Shown: positions 1 through 9,639 of the stretch, one piece after another
How the letters are laid out: every line of letters begins with the position of its first letter
Numbering within the stretch: position 1 is the first letter of the stretch
Assembly (NCBI GenBank): GCA_039025875.1
Contig: JBCCNK010000001.1
Coordinates: 9,147-73,146 of the forward strand
DNA length: 64,000 nt
Reading direction: 5' to 3'
DNA from: Pseudomonadota bacterium
Lineage (GTDB): Bacteria > Pseudomonadota > Gammaproteobacteria > Pseudomonadales > Halieaceae
Program-made: the position numbers and the translations under genes
Notes under the pieces: model-generated
What the model was told of the DNA's origin: nothing
Seen by the model: only the letters and a program-made list of their open reading frames with translations
The model's database searches: none

Positions 1-2827
1 GACGCCGCTTGAGCGGGCGGTGCTCGCGAGAAACCTCTGGTAAAGCGAACGACTCACCGAGCATCCTGTCAGCGATCCAGCAGCCAGATTCGCTGCCGAC
101 AATAGCCTGCGCATCGGAGAACGCCTGTGTTAAGCAGCGCGTAGCTGCGATAAAGTCGAAGCCAGAACTTTTGCTGACATATCCCTCCGGAGATCCGCGG
201 AGCTCCGCGTAAACGACCCCTTCTTGGACGAAATCAACCAACACATGTTGCGCATAAAGATGAAGTAGTAGCGGGTGGCGAAGGTGTTCCGCCCCGGTCA
301 AGGCGCACCCCTCCAGGTAGCGAGTGAGACTGCCTTTCGCGCTCCGTCCTGTTGCCACTTCGTCCGCGAGAACCTTAAACGTTCCACGGATCTCCGGTAG
401 TGGTCCATCTATTTTGCTGAGACGCCAGTCCCGCCTCTCAAATGCCGATGCGGACCAGTTGCCCTCCGCGTACAAAGATCTAGTTAGCGACTCCCAAGCG
501 TCCCGATCTGTAAGGATCTCTCGATTTACGATGTCGGTGCCGTTAATCGTGATCTTTGCTTCTTTGCATAGCAGAGCACGGGATAACACATAGATTCTCA
601 ACAGCTGGTCGGGCCCAATAGTTGGCTCGGCACCTCGAATGCCGGCCGTGATCAGGTCAAACTTTGATTTGCTAGCAAGGGCTTCTACCAAGTGGCCGGA
701 TGAGAGGTACTCGGGTATACCCAACAAATGCCGGAGCTTTCCGCGGGTTTCAGAGCTGAAAGGCTCATTTCCTCCATGCATCCGTTTTTCGACCTCTTCC
801 ACAAGGTTATCCGCTGCTCTGTGCCACCACTGTGCGTCGTTCTTCTCGCTGACTTTCAGTTCAAACCAATCGAAAGCTATCTCGTCGCCTTCAAATCGTT
901 TCACCCATTCCTCGACGAGGCTGCTATTTTCAACGATGAATGCTTTCCCCGATGGGGTTGGTTCGGCAAGTCCGATCACGGATGCTGCGACCATGAACTC
1001 GGCCTTCATGCTGGTTCCAACGTGTAGGTGTAGTTCCGCCTTGGGAATCGCAGCGAGTAGCTCGCGGAAACAATGGTTAGAGGTTTCCAGCGGGTCGGTG
1101 GCAGCACCGTGCTCCTGATCAAAGGTCGTGGAATCAATTCTGACTTTAGGCACGCGAGCGGATTTGAGGAGTCCAATGGTGCCAGGTGGTAGCCTGTAGA
1201 GTCCGTGGAAGTTACGACGCCATCTTGTGCTCAGTCGGTCACGTTGGTCGATGACCCTAGAAAGCACGCCGGGGATCGAGAGTGGCCTACTCTTCTCGAC
1301 GTAAGCTTGAGCGCCCGCGCGGTAAGCGTCTAGCACGCGATCAGGATCGCCATCCCTGCTGAGGGCGATTATTGCTGGTAGGCTTGAGTCATCGTCTCCG
1401 CCCGACCACGCCCGGTCACGTAAATACCTAGTTAGGCCTCGGATGACCGCTGGGCCTTCCAATACTTCCTGTCCGTTTGAGGGCAGGTACTGATCGACAA
1501 GGACTACGTCGTGACCTAGCACTTGTCTACGAAGGTCTTCGAGTGTTTCTTCTTCCTCTTGCGAAAGAGACTGAAAAGAGGAGGATTGGTATTTTGAAAG
1601 CAACGGCATGGCTCTTAGCAGCAACTTGGGGTCCAGCGCCGTTGGTGCACTCTGGAGCAGCTTTGGTTGCAATTTACCTAAGCTTGAAATGACGGGGTCG
1701 GGTTTGTCATCAATTAGCAGCATAGTTGCTTGCGGCGCGGTGCTAAGCAGGCTGTCGGATAGGTCACGCAACGCTACCAATAGGCGACGCGATTGATATG
1801 CCAAGTTGGCGTCAACAGCAGTGTTCTTAATCGAGTGGGGACTGATGGCAGCGAGTGTATGTATTGCGTGCGTGACTCGTGCCGGGTCTTCGTGCCCAAA
1901 CCAGCCCGCAAGCCTATTTGCCGCCACGGTCCACTTTGCCTCCAACGTGTCGCCTAGCGCCGCCAGCTTCTGTTCCGTAAAGGGGTTCGTATCGCTCGTT
2001 TGGAGGCTTAGCAGTTCCGCGGCTTCGACGCGTGTTAGAACCCGGGATGCCTTTTTGTTCTCAAGAGACTTGATGAACGCGGATATACAAGCCTCAGGAT
2101 ATTGATACCAGTTCTCTCCGAACGGAGCCAACAGGCGCCCTTTGCTCCAGATCCACTGAGACGGCGCCGGCGTAGCAATGAGGTCGACCGGGTGTATTAT
2201 CAACTCGACGGGCGTCGCATCCTCTTCAGGCGACATCGTTTCGAGTAGGGGTGTCGCGTATTCGGGCTCGCCTTCACCTAGATCCGCGATGATCTTCCAT
2301 CGCACTCTATGGGAGATAGATACTATTCGAGATCTTAGCTCTGCTGCTCTGCGGTGCAATTCCTGGGCGCACTCGCCATGCACACGCGATAGTTCGCTAA
2401 TAGCTTCGTCAAAGGTTTCCGGCCTGCCGACGGACGTTCGAGCCTTCTTCCAAATACTGCTGATGTTAAAGGCCAGCCCCCCACTGTAGGGTGCCCATGC
2501 AACGTTGTCGGGAATGCCTTCTTTTTTGGCAAAGAAGGAAAACGCCACGTTGGACGCAACGCCCTGCCCACCTACATGAAACAAGACCTTAACGTCGTGA
2601 CTCTCGGAAAGGCTACTGATCCAACTCCAATCAGCTGCTGAGTCAGCACCGTCATCACGTCGGACGGCAATAATTGCGTTCGTGTCAAAGTTAGGAGAAT
2701 CCGTAAAATCGAAGGGTCGTTGGGTAGTTCGCGTGATCGCTAGTAGATCACAGTCTGTATCAATGTGAATATCGTCCAAAATATTGGTTTTTGGGATAAT
2801 GAGTATAATGAGTCTTCGTTCAGCCAC
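1..2827 (-). CDS. Response-regulator receiver (REC) domain fused to an adenosine/AMP deaminase-family domain; partial, runs off the left edge (>942 aa)
   Basis: Not in the ORF track. My manual translation from GTG at 2827 has no stop down to base 2. REC motifs: MLLIDDKP (~1723-1700), DVVLVDQYLP (Asp ~1495), PAIIALS, AYRAGAQAYVEK (~1325-1292). Deaminase motifs: PKAELHLH (1045-1022), GSLTRYLEG, GVVYAELRGSP (220-188). The start overlaps the stop of the upstream kinase by 8 bp. Confidence 0.85.
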   Translation of the reverse strand, partial: MAERRLIILIIPKTNILDDIHIDTDCDLLAITRTTQRPFDFTDSPNFDTNAIIAVRRDDGADSAADWSWISSLSESHDVKVLFHVGGQGVASNVAFSFFAKKEGIPDNVAWAPYSGGLAFNISSIWKKARTSVGRPETFDEAISELSRVHGECAQELHRRAAELRSRIVSISHRVRWKIIADLGEGEPEYATPLLETMSPEEDATPVELIIHPVDLIATPAPSQWIWSKGRLLAPFGENWYQYPEACISAFIKSLENKKASRVLTRVEAAELLSLQTSDTNPFTEQKLAALGDTLEAKWTVAANRLAGWFGHEDPARVTHAIHTLAAISPHSIKNTAVDANLAYQSRRLLVALRDLSDSLLSTAPQATMLLIDDKPDPVISSLGKLQPKLLQSAPTALDPKLLLRAMPLLSKYQSSSFQSLSQEEEETLEDLRRQVLGHDVVLVDQYLPSNGQEVLEGPAVIRGLTRYLRDRAWSGGDDDSSLPAIIALSRDGDPDRVLDAYRAGAQAYVEKSRPLSIPGVLSRVIDQRDRLSTRWRRNFHGLYRLPPGTIGLLKSARVPKVRIDSTTFDQEHGAATDPLETSNHCFRELLAAIPKAELHLHVGTSMKAEFMVAASVIGLAEPTPSGKAFIVENSSLVEEWVKRFEGDEIAFDWFELKVSEKNDAQWWHRAADNLVEEVEKRMHGGNEPFSSETRGKLRHLLGIPEYLSSGHLVEALASKSKFDLITAGIRGAEPTIGPDQLLRIYVLSRALLCKEAKITINGTDIVNREILTDRDAWESLTRSLYAEGNWSASAFERRDWRLSKIDGPLPEIRGTFKVLADEVATGRSAKGSLTRYLEGCALTGAEHLRHPLLLHLYAQHVLVDFVQEGVVYAELRGSPEGYVSKSSGFDFIAATRCLTQAFSDAQAIVGSESGCWIADRMLGESFALPEVSREHRPLKRR

Positions 2828-5800
2828 CGGCGCAATCCACCCCAGTCGGAAATGGTGCTAAGCCCTTTGCGGGCAAAGATAGCAGCGCTTGCGCCAAGAC
2901 TGCCTTGTTTGCTGGCGGCTCTTTAGCGCTGACTGTGCTCATATTGAGCACGGAAAATGGAATGAAGGGGTAGATTTGCCCGCCCTGACGAGTGTAGCTT
3001 GAGCTTTCCTTTAGCCCTCCGCCACCTGACGTGCGGACATGCATTCGCGCGTTGGGAAAAAAATCTGCCAGCTCTTGGAACGACGCCCCTAGCGACTCGT
3101 GAATGACTACTGCGTCCAAGTCAATGGAGCAGTCTCGTTGGTTTGTTTGATTGGTGAAGTGATGATCATCCACCAGAGCTCGCTCTCCAAGCTTAAAGAA
3201 TGGAAATATCCCTGACAGGTGGTATCTGCGGAGCGTGTACTCGTCTGAAATGGATTGCGCAATACGTTCATCTGCAATGCCTATCCTCATTGCGAAAGAT
3301 TCAATCATTGAAAGCAAAAGGAAGGCCTGACTATCCTGATCGCGCGGCGGTACAAGTACCGACCGAAGAAACGATCTATCATCTATGCAAGCGTACCTAA
3401 CAAATTTCCCCTCTGGTAAGGAATCCCACGTGCTCTTTCTCGAATGATGCTCAAGGCAAATCAGGCCCTCGTGCGCGCCCAAGCTCACTTCCAATTCAAA
3501 GTTTGGATTTCCGTTTTTGTGGAAAATTCTGACCTCAATAAAGCCTTGGGTGCTCTCAGGTAGATCGAAGTCAGGCGCGATGTCGTCTTCTAGAACCAGT
3601 ATTAGCTTCCATCTTTCAATGGGCAGCCATGCACGCATCCAGGACAGGTAGTCATCGATATCAAACACACCGCTTCTCTGCCTACTGCAAAGCGACCCTG
3701 CGCGAAAAAAACGGAGATTTAGGTCCTCGCCTTCCCAAAGTGTTGTACTTGCGTCGCCAGATGCTATTGCAAAAGTCGCCATGCCTTGATCTCGGTTCTT
3801 TTCCCCCTCGCTAGGGAAAACGCGCAATAGTCGGGGCGCGTGCAGTTCTAAAGAGTAAACGACGTACTCGGGTGGGACAAAATCTGGTCTGCCTGGCAGG
3901 GCCTCGTGTGCCGCTCGCAATCCGTCTTGATTGCCGCTTAGAAATCTCGCGCAGTACCGCATTTCCCAAAGCCCATGGCCACCATGAATCCGCTCGCCAG
4001 TAGGCTTGATTGGTCCCGTTTTGAGCTTTGCCTTGATGTCGGATACCTGTTCCTCAGTGGCGTCGCTCCGGTCTGTAGTCATAGCGAGATCGTAAGAGTT
4101 GGTGTTGTCACCTTTGGTTAAGGTTATGAATACAGTGAGCTCCTTGTCGTCCTTGCTAGTATGTACTGCTGCATTACGGAGGATATTCTCGAGGATGATG
4201 GCTAGTGCATGCGATCCTAGTGCTCCGCCTGGAAACGCGATCAAGACATCATGTGCAACACGCGTCTTGTCGCTTCGAAAGTTGCCTTTCCCTTCGTCGT
4301 CCCATGAAAAAGTGATCGTCTCAGACCTGATGTCGTCTTCGTGGAGCTTGCATACAAACCGAATCTTGCTCGCACGGAAACCCCGGTCGCACGTTAGCAA
4401 GTCTATTAGGACTGCCTGCTCAAGGAACGGAACGAGGAAATCCGCGATGAGGAACAACGGCTGTGGAGGGGTCGGAACGTCACTGAGCGCTTGTGCGATG
4501 AAGTCTAGTCGGGACTGCAAGTACGACATCAACTGCCTAAGGTTGTCGTCTGGCGCGCCGCCAACTTCCTCGAGAGCCCTGGGTAGTCTTGGGTGCGTGA
4601 GTACGTGGCTGCCAATATTGTGCGAGAGATTTCGAGCCATGACTGTGGCCATTACCTCACGCTCGCGCAGCTTCATCAGCTGCTTGGATATAGGAGCGTA
4701 GAAGTTTGCGTCTACGAGCGGGGAGGATAAGTCGCCTAACAGAGACGATATTTCGGCAGGGCTGTATTCAGCTTTGGCCCAGCTATCTGGTAATTGATGT
4801 TCGATGGAGTCGAAGGGTCGCGTCGCGCAGAGTGCAAATCCTACAGCATGACGAGCTGCTCTATTCTTCCGCACGGGTTGCGAAGGGGATTGCCAGATCA
4901 GCGAGACAAAGTAGGTCTTTGGCGATCGGTCGACCGCATTCCACACGTAGAACGGAAGGATTGGGAATGGGGCATTCCGTTCAATCCATAGCAGGGTTTC
5001 GTCCCGCGTAAAGCCCGCGCAATATTTCTCCAGAAATGTTCTCGCAGGGTTGCGCAGGGCCTGCTCCCAAGACTCCGGACTATCGCGTTGTAGGATGCCA
5101 GATTCGTTTACAGGAAGGTTTAACTTCCGAAATTCCGAAGCGATTACGGCGCCAGACTTGGGTAAGTGTATCGCGTTTAGAGCCTCGATCCAGCTTGACT
5201 CGTGTATGCTCTGAAACTGATGAGGTACTGGTTCCTTGACAAAATTCCACCCGATAATGCCAGCGCTATTTTCATGCTGTTTTGAGAGCCAGACATCACT
5301 CACACTTTTGCCCGACTGCGCCCAATGCAGCTCTACTTTGCAAGCCCGAAGCTCAAGCGAGGCCGAAGTCGAAGTTTCTGTGGCTTGTAGCATGAGCCGC
5401 CACAGGTAGCACCAGAAAAAGATTTCGCCGATCCTGCAAGCCTTCCACGGCCGTGGTTCGGTATCGAGCCAGGCAATGTGGTCTGGCAGGTATTCGCTGT
5501 TCTCATCCTGCTCTTCGAGCTGACTTTCCCGAACGTGGACGAATAGTGTGTGAAGCCACGCAGCTGCCTGAGCCTTGCTCTCTCTAGCTACGCCCTCTAC
5601 TAGGTAAGGGACCAAGTAGCTTCTGTGTGCGTCCGGGTCCCCAGAAAAGAAGTTATACCGGTCCGAAGGAATGTCTTCAAAGAGGAAGCCGGCGCTCGCG
5701 AGCCCTAGGTTTTCGAAGTAGGCGGACGCATCCTCGTTGTGCAAGAGTTTATCGTAATGCTCTCGGATCTCGCTGGGTTCAAGAAATACTGTTGTTGGCT

Positions 5801-5879
5801 TTCCGCTTTTTTCTCTTGGTCCCCACAAGAAGTCTGTGAACCAGTCGGGCATCTCAGCTCTGAGCCCTTCCGATGTCAT
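2820..5879 (-). CDS. Divergent soluble histidine kinase-like protein (GHKL/HATPase_c) with uncharacterised N-terminal ~400 aa and probable degenerate C-terminal receiver-like region
   Basis: H-box-like MARNLSHNIGSHVL; N-box ILENILRNAAVH; G2-like GGHGLWEM; C-terminal RIGIADER. No obvious transmembrane helices. Confidence 0.75.
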   Translation of the reverse strand: MTSEGLRAEMPDWFTDFLWGPREKSGKPTTVFLEPSEIREHYDKLLHNEDASAYFENLGLASAGFLFEDIPSDRYNFFSGDPDAHRSYLVPYLVEGVARESKAQAAAWLHTLFVHVRESQLEEQDENSEYLPDHIAWLDTEPRPWKACRIGEIFFWCYLWRLMLQATETSTSASLELRACKVELHWAQSGKSVSDVWLSKQHENSAGIIGWNFVKEPVPHQFQSIHESSWIEALNAIHLPKSGAVIASEFRKLNLPVNESGILQRDSPESWEQALRNPARTFLEKYCAGFTRDETLLWIERNAPFPILPFYVWNAVDRSPKTYFVSLIWQSPSQPVRKNRAARHAVGFALCATRPFDSIEHQLPDSWAKAEYSPAEISSLLGDLSSPLVDANFYAPISKQLMKLREREVMATVMARNLSHNIGSHVLTHPRLPRALEEVGGAPDDNLRQLMSYLQSRLDFIAQALSDVPTPPQPLFLIADFLVPFLEQAVLIDLLTCDRGFRASKIRFVCKLHEDDIRSETITFSWDDEGKGNFRSDKTRVAHDVLIAFPGGALGSHALAIILENILRNAAVHTSKDDKELTVFITLTKGDNTNSYDLAMTTDRSDATEEQVSDIKAKLKTGPIKPTGERIHGGHGLWEMRYCARFLSGNQDGLRAAHEALPGRPDFVPPEYVVYSLELHAPRLLRVFPSEGEKNRDQGMATFAIASGDASTTLWEGEDLNLRFFRAGSLCSRQRSGVFDIDDYLSWMRAWLPIERWKLILVLEDDIAPDFDLPESTQGFIEVRIFHKNGNPNFELEVSLGAHEGLICLEHHSRKSTWDSLPEGKFVRYACIDDRSFLRSVLVPPRDQDSQAFLLLSMIESFAMRIGIADERIAQSISDEYTLRRYHLSGIFPFFKLGERALVDDHHFTNQTNQRDCSIDLDAVVIHESLGASFQELADFFPNARMHVRTSGGGGLKESSSYTRQGGQIYPFIPFSVLNMSTVSAKEPPANKAVLAQALLSLPAKGLAPFPTGVDCAGG

Positions 5880-6748
5880 CGACGGGCCCAGAGGATCGCC
5901 GTTTGGTACATGCGGTAGGGGCAGGCCACTTCGGAGAATCCGATGCGTCTAATTGTGTCTGCCTCGCCCTCGAAATCTACGCTCGTGTTTCCGACAGAGG
6001 ATGCCCACGCTGGCGGCTCAATTGGCAGGGGAAGATTCTGCTCGCTAACGTGGGCTATCCATTCAGCACCGAGTTCCTCCGCGGCAACGCCGGCTGAAGA
6101 GATCGCTGCTGCGTCGGTTGCTGCAAGTTTCTCGAAGGACTCCCTAATCCATTCCTCGGTTACCGCTTGGGCCATGCTGTTGAGGCTCTTCGCTTGGAAC
6201 CCCTGTATGTCAAGGTTTAGGAAGACGCCGTGCGGGCGGAGGGAGACTAAAATCTTCTCATAAAGTTTGCGCTTAAGTTTGAGTCCGTGGTGGTGAAGCG
6301 CGAAGGCGCTCACAGCGATGTCGAGGACTGTTTCTTCCCAGGGCGAGCCAGCCATAATCTCGTGCAGGTCGAACCCGTCGCTTAGGGCGTCAGCAGCGAC
6401 TAGGTGGCATCGCTTGGCTAGAGATGGGTCTTCTTGAAGCTTGCGTTCAAGCCCCCTCAGCATCGAGTCGCTGCGGTCTACTGCGATGATGCGAGCGCGC
6501 GGAAGCTTATAAAGAAGGCGCATTGCTTCCGCGCCGGTGCCGCACCCTATGTCCACTATCAAGGCGGAATCTTGGCCGTCTTGCCTTGCATGCCGATATA
6601 CCAAGTCGCACAAGCTGTTGTGGGCCAGGCCATAGTCCGGCATCGTCAGGTGCGTGGTTTGGTCATATAGGGTGGGCGACTGTTCGGCATAAAATAGCCG
6701 GAGCCGTCGGCTATCATTGCGGGCCGTCGTCTCGGATGTCACCGTCAT
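5876..6748 (-). CDS. Class I SAM-dependent methyltransferase
   Basis: Motif I IVDIGCGTG, IIAVDRSDSML, AVSAFALHH, LRPHGVFLNLD. 4-bp start/stop overlaps on both sides. Confidence 0.9.
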   Translation of the reverse strand: MTVTSETTARNDSRRLRLFYAEQSPTLYDQTTHLTMPDYGLAHNSLCDLVYRHARQDGQDSALIVDIGCGTGAEAMRLLYKLPRARIIAVDRSDSMLRGLERKLQEDPSLAKRCHLVAADALSDGFDLHEIMAGSPWEETVLDIAVSAFALHHHGLKLKRKLYEKILVSLRPHGVFLNLDIQGFQAKSLNSMAQAVTEEWIRESFEKLAATDAAAISSAGVAAEELGAEWIAHVSEQNLPLPIEPPAWASSVGNTSVDFEGEADTIRRIGFSEVACPYRMYQTAILWARR

Positions 6749-7497
6749 GTTGAAGTTCCTCTTGTGTGAATGCTCCCGGTGGAAGCCAGGAAACTGGCAA
6801 AGCGCGTGGCTCGGGGGGTGATGAAGTTGTCTTTTTCACCACGTTCAACGACGCGGCCCTCGTCGAGAAAGAGAAAGGTGTCCTTCTCGTCGAGATCTAA
6901 CAGCGTTCTCGCGAACTCAATGTTGTGGGTCACGAGAAGCATTCCAATCGATCGCTGCCGCAATTCGAAAAGATAGCCAAGAAGTCGGTTGGCTTGCTCG
7001 ACATCAAGTGCAGAGGTGATCTCGTCCAGCAGGAGGAACGAAGGCTGCAAGAGAACAGCCCGAGCAAGCGCAGCCCGTTGCCGTTGGCCGAGGCTGACCT
7101 GATTAGGGTGCCTGTCGAGGAATTCTGACATGTTGAATAGCGTGACAACCTCGTCAAGTAGTGCATCGTCACATCCTCGTTTCCGGAGGGGGAGCGTGAT
7201 GTTCTCTCTCAGCGTTAAATGTGGCCACAGGAATAGCTGCTGGAAGACAACGGTAATCCTCGGCCACGGAGGTTCGACGCCCCTGTGCGGTGAGTCAAAG
7301 TCATAAAGTGTCTCGTCCACCTGTATTCGACCGGACGAAGGTGGCTCCAGCATTGAAAGTGCCCTGACAAGCGTGGTTTTGCCGCTCCCGCTGGGGCCGA
7401 GCAGCACGGTGATGAAGCCCGGGCGCACTTCGACGTCGACGTCGTGTAGAACGCGGCGAGGCCCGAATGACTGTGAGAGCTTGCTACCCACTAACAA
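6745..7497 (-). CDS. Polar amino-acid ABC transporter ATP-binding subunit
   Basis: Walker A GPSGSGKT; VFQQLFLWPHLT; signature variant SLGQRQR; Walker B LLLDEITSALD; H-loop VTH. Confidence 0.92.
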   Translation of the reverse strand: MLVGSKLSQSFGPRRVLHDVDVEVRPGFITVLLGPSGSGKTTLVRALSMLEPPSSGRIQVDETLYDFDSPHRGVEPPWPRITVVFQQLFLWPHLTLRENITLPLRKRGCDDALLDEVVTLFNMSEFLDRHPNQVSLGQRQRAALARAVLLQPSFLLLDEITSALDVEQANRLLGYLFELRQRSIGMLLVTHNIEFARTLLDLDEKDTFLFLDEGRVVERGEKDNFITPRATRFASFLASTGSIHTRGTST

Positions 7498-7510
7498 CCT
7501 AAGAGTCCCC

Positions 7511-8173
7511 CTATCGTTCCGAAATATCTCGTGTGAAGCGCCATCTTAGCCATGATGCTAGCCCGTTCATGGGTATGCATATGGCTAAGAAGAACAGCCC
7601 CAGCGCAGTGTAGATCTCGATGGGCTGGTGGATTGAAGCGTTTATGCGCTGCGACACCCGGAAAAGTTCCTCAACCGAGATCAGGCTCGCGAAGAGCGTC
7701 ATTTGCAACATGGTGACTTGGAGGTTTAACGTCGGTGGGATTGCCTGCCTGGCCACCAGCGGTAACTGTACACGGCGGAGCGTTTGGTATTGCGAGAGGC
7801 CACATACCCTGGCGGCATCAAGGTACTGTTCTGGAAAATCGTCAAGCGCGGATCGAACAATCTGCGAGACGCCGAAAATGTTGAGTGTCGAGAGAATTGT
7901 CGCCGCGCTCAGGAACGGTGAAGCGACGACCCCTAGAGCGATTTGGAGCGGATAGTGCACCCAGTACAAGAACACAAGGAATGGAATGCCTCCAATCACA
8001 AAGGCGATCGACCGAACTATCCAGCCAATCCGGGGCCAGATGTGAGCGATTGCGCCTAACAAGGTGCCGAGGCCAATGCCGACGACCCAGGTGATTAGGG
8101 ATAGCTCGATAGTTACGCCGAGGCCCTTGAGAAAGGCCGGGCGGTACTCGGTAAGGATCTCCAGTATCGTCAA
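7511..8173 (-). CDS. Polar amino-acid ABC transporter permease (HisM/GlnP-like)
   Basis: FLKGLGVTIELS, GIPFLV, EAA-loop-like QYLDAARVCGLS, SLISVEEL; several hydrophobic helices. Confidence 0.9.
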   Translation of the reverse strand: MTILEILTEYRPAFLKGLGVTIELSLITWVVGIGLGTLLGAIAHIWPRIGWIVRSIAFVIGGIPFLVFLYWVHYPLQIALGVVASPFLSAATILSTLNIFGVSQIVRSALDDFPEQYLDAARVCGLSQYQTLRRVQLPLVARQAIPPTLNLQVTMLQMTLFASLISVEELFRVSQRINASIHQPIEIYTALGLFFLAICIPMNGLASWLRWRFTRDISER

Positions 8174-9090
8174 GGCGAAGTTTCGGCCACTGGTTGATTG
8201 ATCGTGTAGGGCCTTGCTACTCGAGGAAAAAGGTTTGGCCCGGTCTCATACTTTGCGAGGATGCGATCGATCGCGCCTGAAAAAAGGAGCTCCCGCATCG
8301 CCGCGTCGAGGAACAGCTTTAGGTCGATGTCGCCCCGGCGCACGACTAGCGAGTTGCCAAACACTCGAACTGGCTCGTCCGGTTTGAGCTGCTTGAGCGT
8401 TCCCGGGTTTGTTTGAAGGAACTCGAAGACTGTACCCGGCTCGGCAAAAGTGACGTCCGCCTTATTTGCGATGATATTCAGCAGGTTTTGGCTAAATGGA
8501 GTCCCCTGTGACAGGGATGCACGTGCTGCCTTGGGGTAGTCTGTCCTCGCTACGATATCTTCGAGAGCACCATCCTTTGTTGCTATGCGCACGGAAGGAT
8601 CATTTAGCTCTTCGAGAGAGTCCCATCTTTCCTCACTTGCGCGTACCCAAGCCGTGATAACGCTATAAAACACTGGTATCGTGAAGTACGCGACTTTTGC
8701 GCGTACGCTACTCGGCCAAAGTCCGCCGCAAAAAACGTCATAACGGTTCGCATCGAGGCCTATGAAAATATTCTCGTACTCAACTTCTTCAACCCAGGCT
8801 ATTTCCAGCTCGGCGCGCCGACCGATTTCTTCCATGATGTCGTAGAAGATGCCAGAGAGCTCGCCAGTGTTTGGGTCCTTGCGGATCAATGGTGAGTAGA
8901 GAAGGTAACTGCAACGGAGTTCACGAGCCAACACGATGTTGTCTAAGGCGCTTGATGGTTGGGCTTCGCTACTCGGATCCCGTTGGTTGCACCCTGCTGA
9001 AGAGAGAAGCAATGCAACGACGGCGAGAATCATTTGCCAATCCATTGTTCTCGTCGTAGCAGTGCTAGTTTCGGCTGGGTAACGGCTCAT
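8170..9090 (-). CDS. Amino-acid ABC transporter substrate-binding lipoprotein (SBP_bac_3-like)
   Basis: Lipobox-like LLLSSAGC; GELSGIFYDI, GLDANRYD, YFTIP, SGAIDRILAKY. GAGGA RBS upstream of ATG 9090. Confidence 0.88.
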   Translation of the reverse strand: MSRYPAETSTATTRTMDWQMILAVVALLLSSAGCNQRDPSSEAQPSSALDNIVLARELRCSYLLYSPLIRKDPNTGELSGIFYDIMEEIGRRAELEIAWVEEVEYENIFIGLDANRYDVFCGGLWPSSVRAKVAYFTIPVFYSVITAWVRASEERWDSLEELNDPSVRIATKDGALEDIVARTDYPKAARASLSQGTPFSQNLLNIIANKADVTFAEPGTVFEFLQTNPGTLKQLKPDEPVRVFGNSLVVRRGDIDLKLFLDAAMRELLFSGAIDRILAKYETGPNLFPRVARPYTINQPVAETSP

Positions 9091-9639
9091 CGATAATCCT
9101 CAGTGCTGCTCTGGGCGAGAGAGATTGCCTGTATGTTGCAATGTGCGCGACTTCAACCGTGCGCCACGTACTTGCGTCGCTACTATCGCTCAGCTTTGTT
9201 GTGCAGCTGGCGATAAGGCTCACAGCTAGGCAGTATTTTCCCTAGTCCCCTGAGCCCCGGTAACCGCCAGGCAAAGGGAGCCGGCGATGATGCAGACTCG
9301 AAAATCCGGCTAACCCGACTAGCACGCAGGTCTGCAAATCCCGCAGAGCAACCACGATGAGAAGCTAGCCTCGAATGGGTTCTGCGGGACACAAAGCAAC
9401 GCGATCTACGCCTAATCGGCACGCCAATCTACCGTTTGTCTACGCTGCATCTGGGGCCGTCGATCGCCATTCGCTTCGCGCTCAGCGGGTCACGCAAGGG
9501 CCAAGTGTGAACCAGCGGACAGTATCGCTTCCGCTCGAGCGCGCTGCAATGCGAAGTAAGGCCAAGCCTTCACGCCTAGAACGCGACACGTCATACGGAT
9601 TGAGCGGTATCAACGAAGGTGGTGGGTACATTGGCGTCT

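Noticed and set aside
9-2571. Short ORFs listed by the track over 9-2571
   Set aside because: They are antisense or alternate-frame shadows of the long REC-deaminase frame.
1-2827. Calling the deaminase RADAR RdrB or Cad1
   Set aside because: There is no RdrA ATPase, CARF domain or CRISPR locus in view; the regulatory domain is a receiver.
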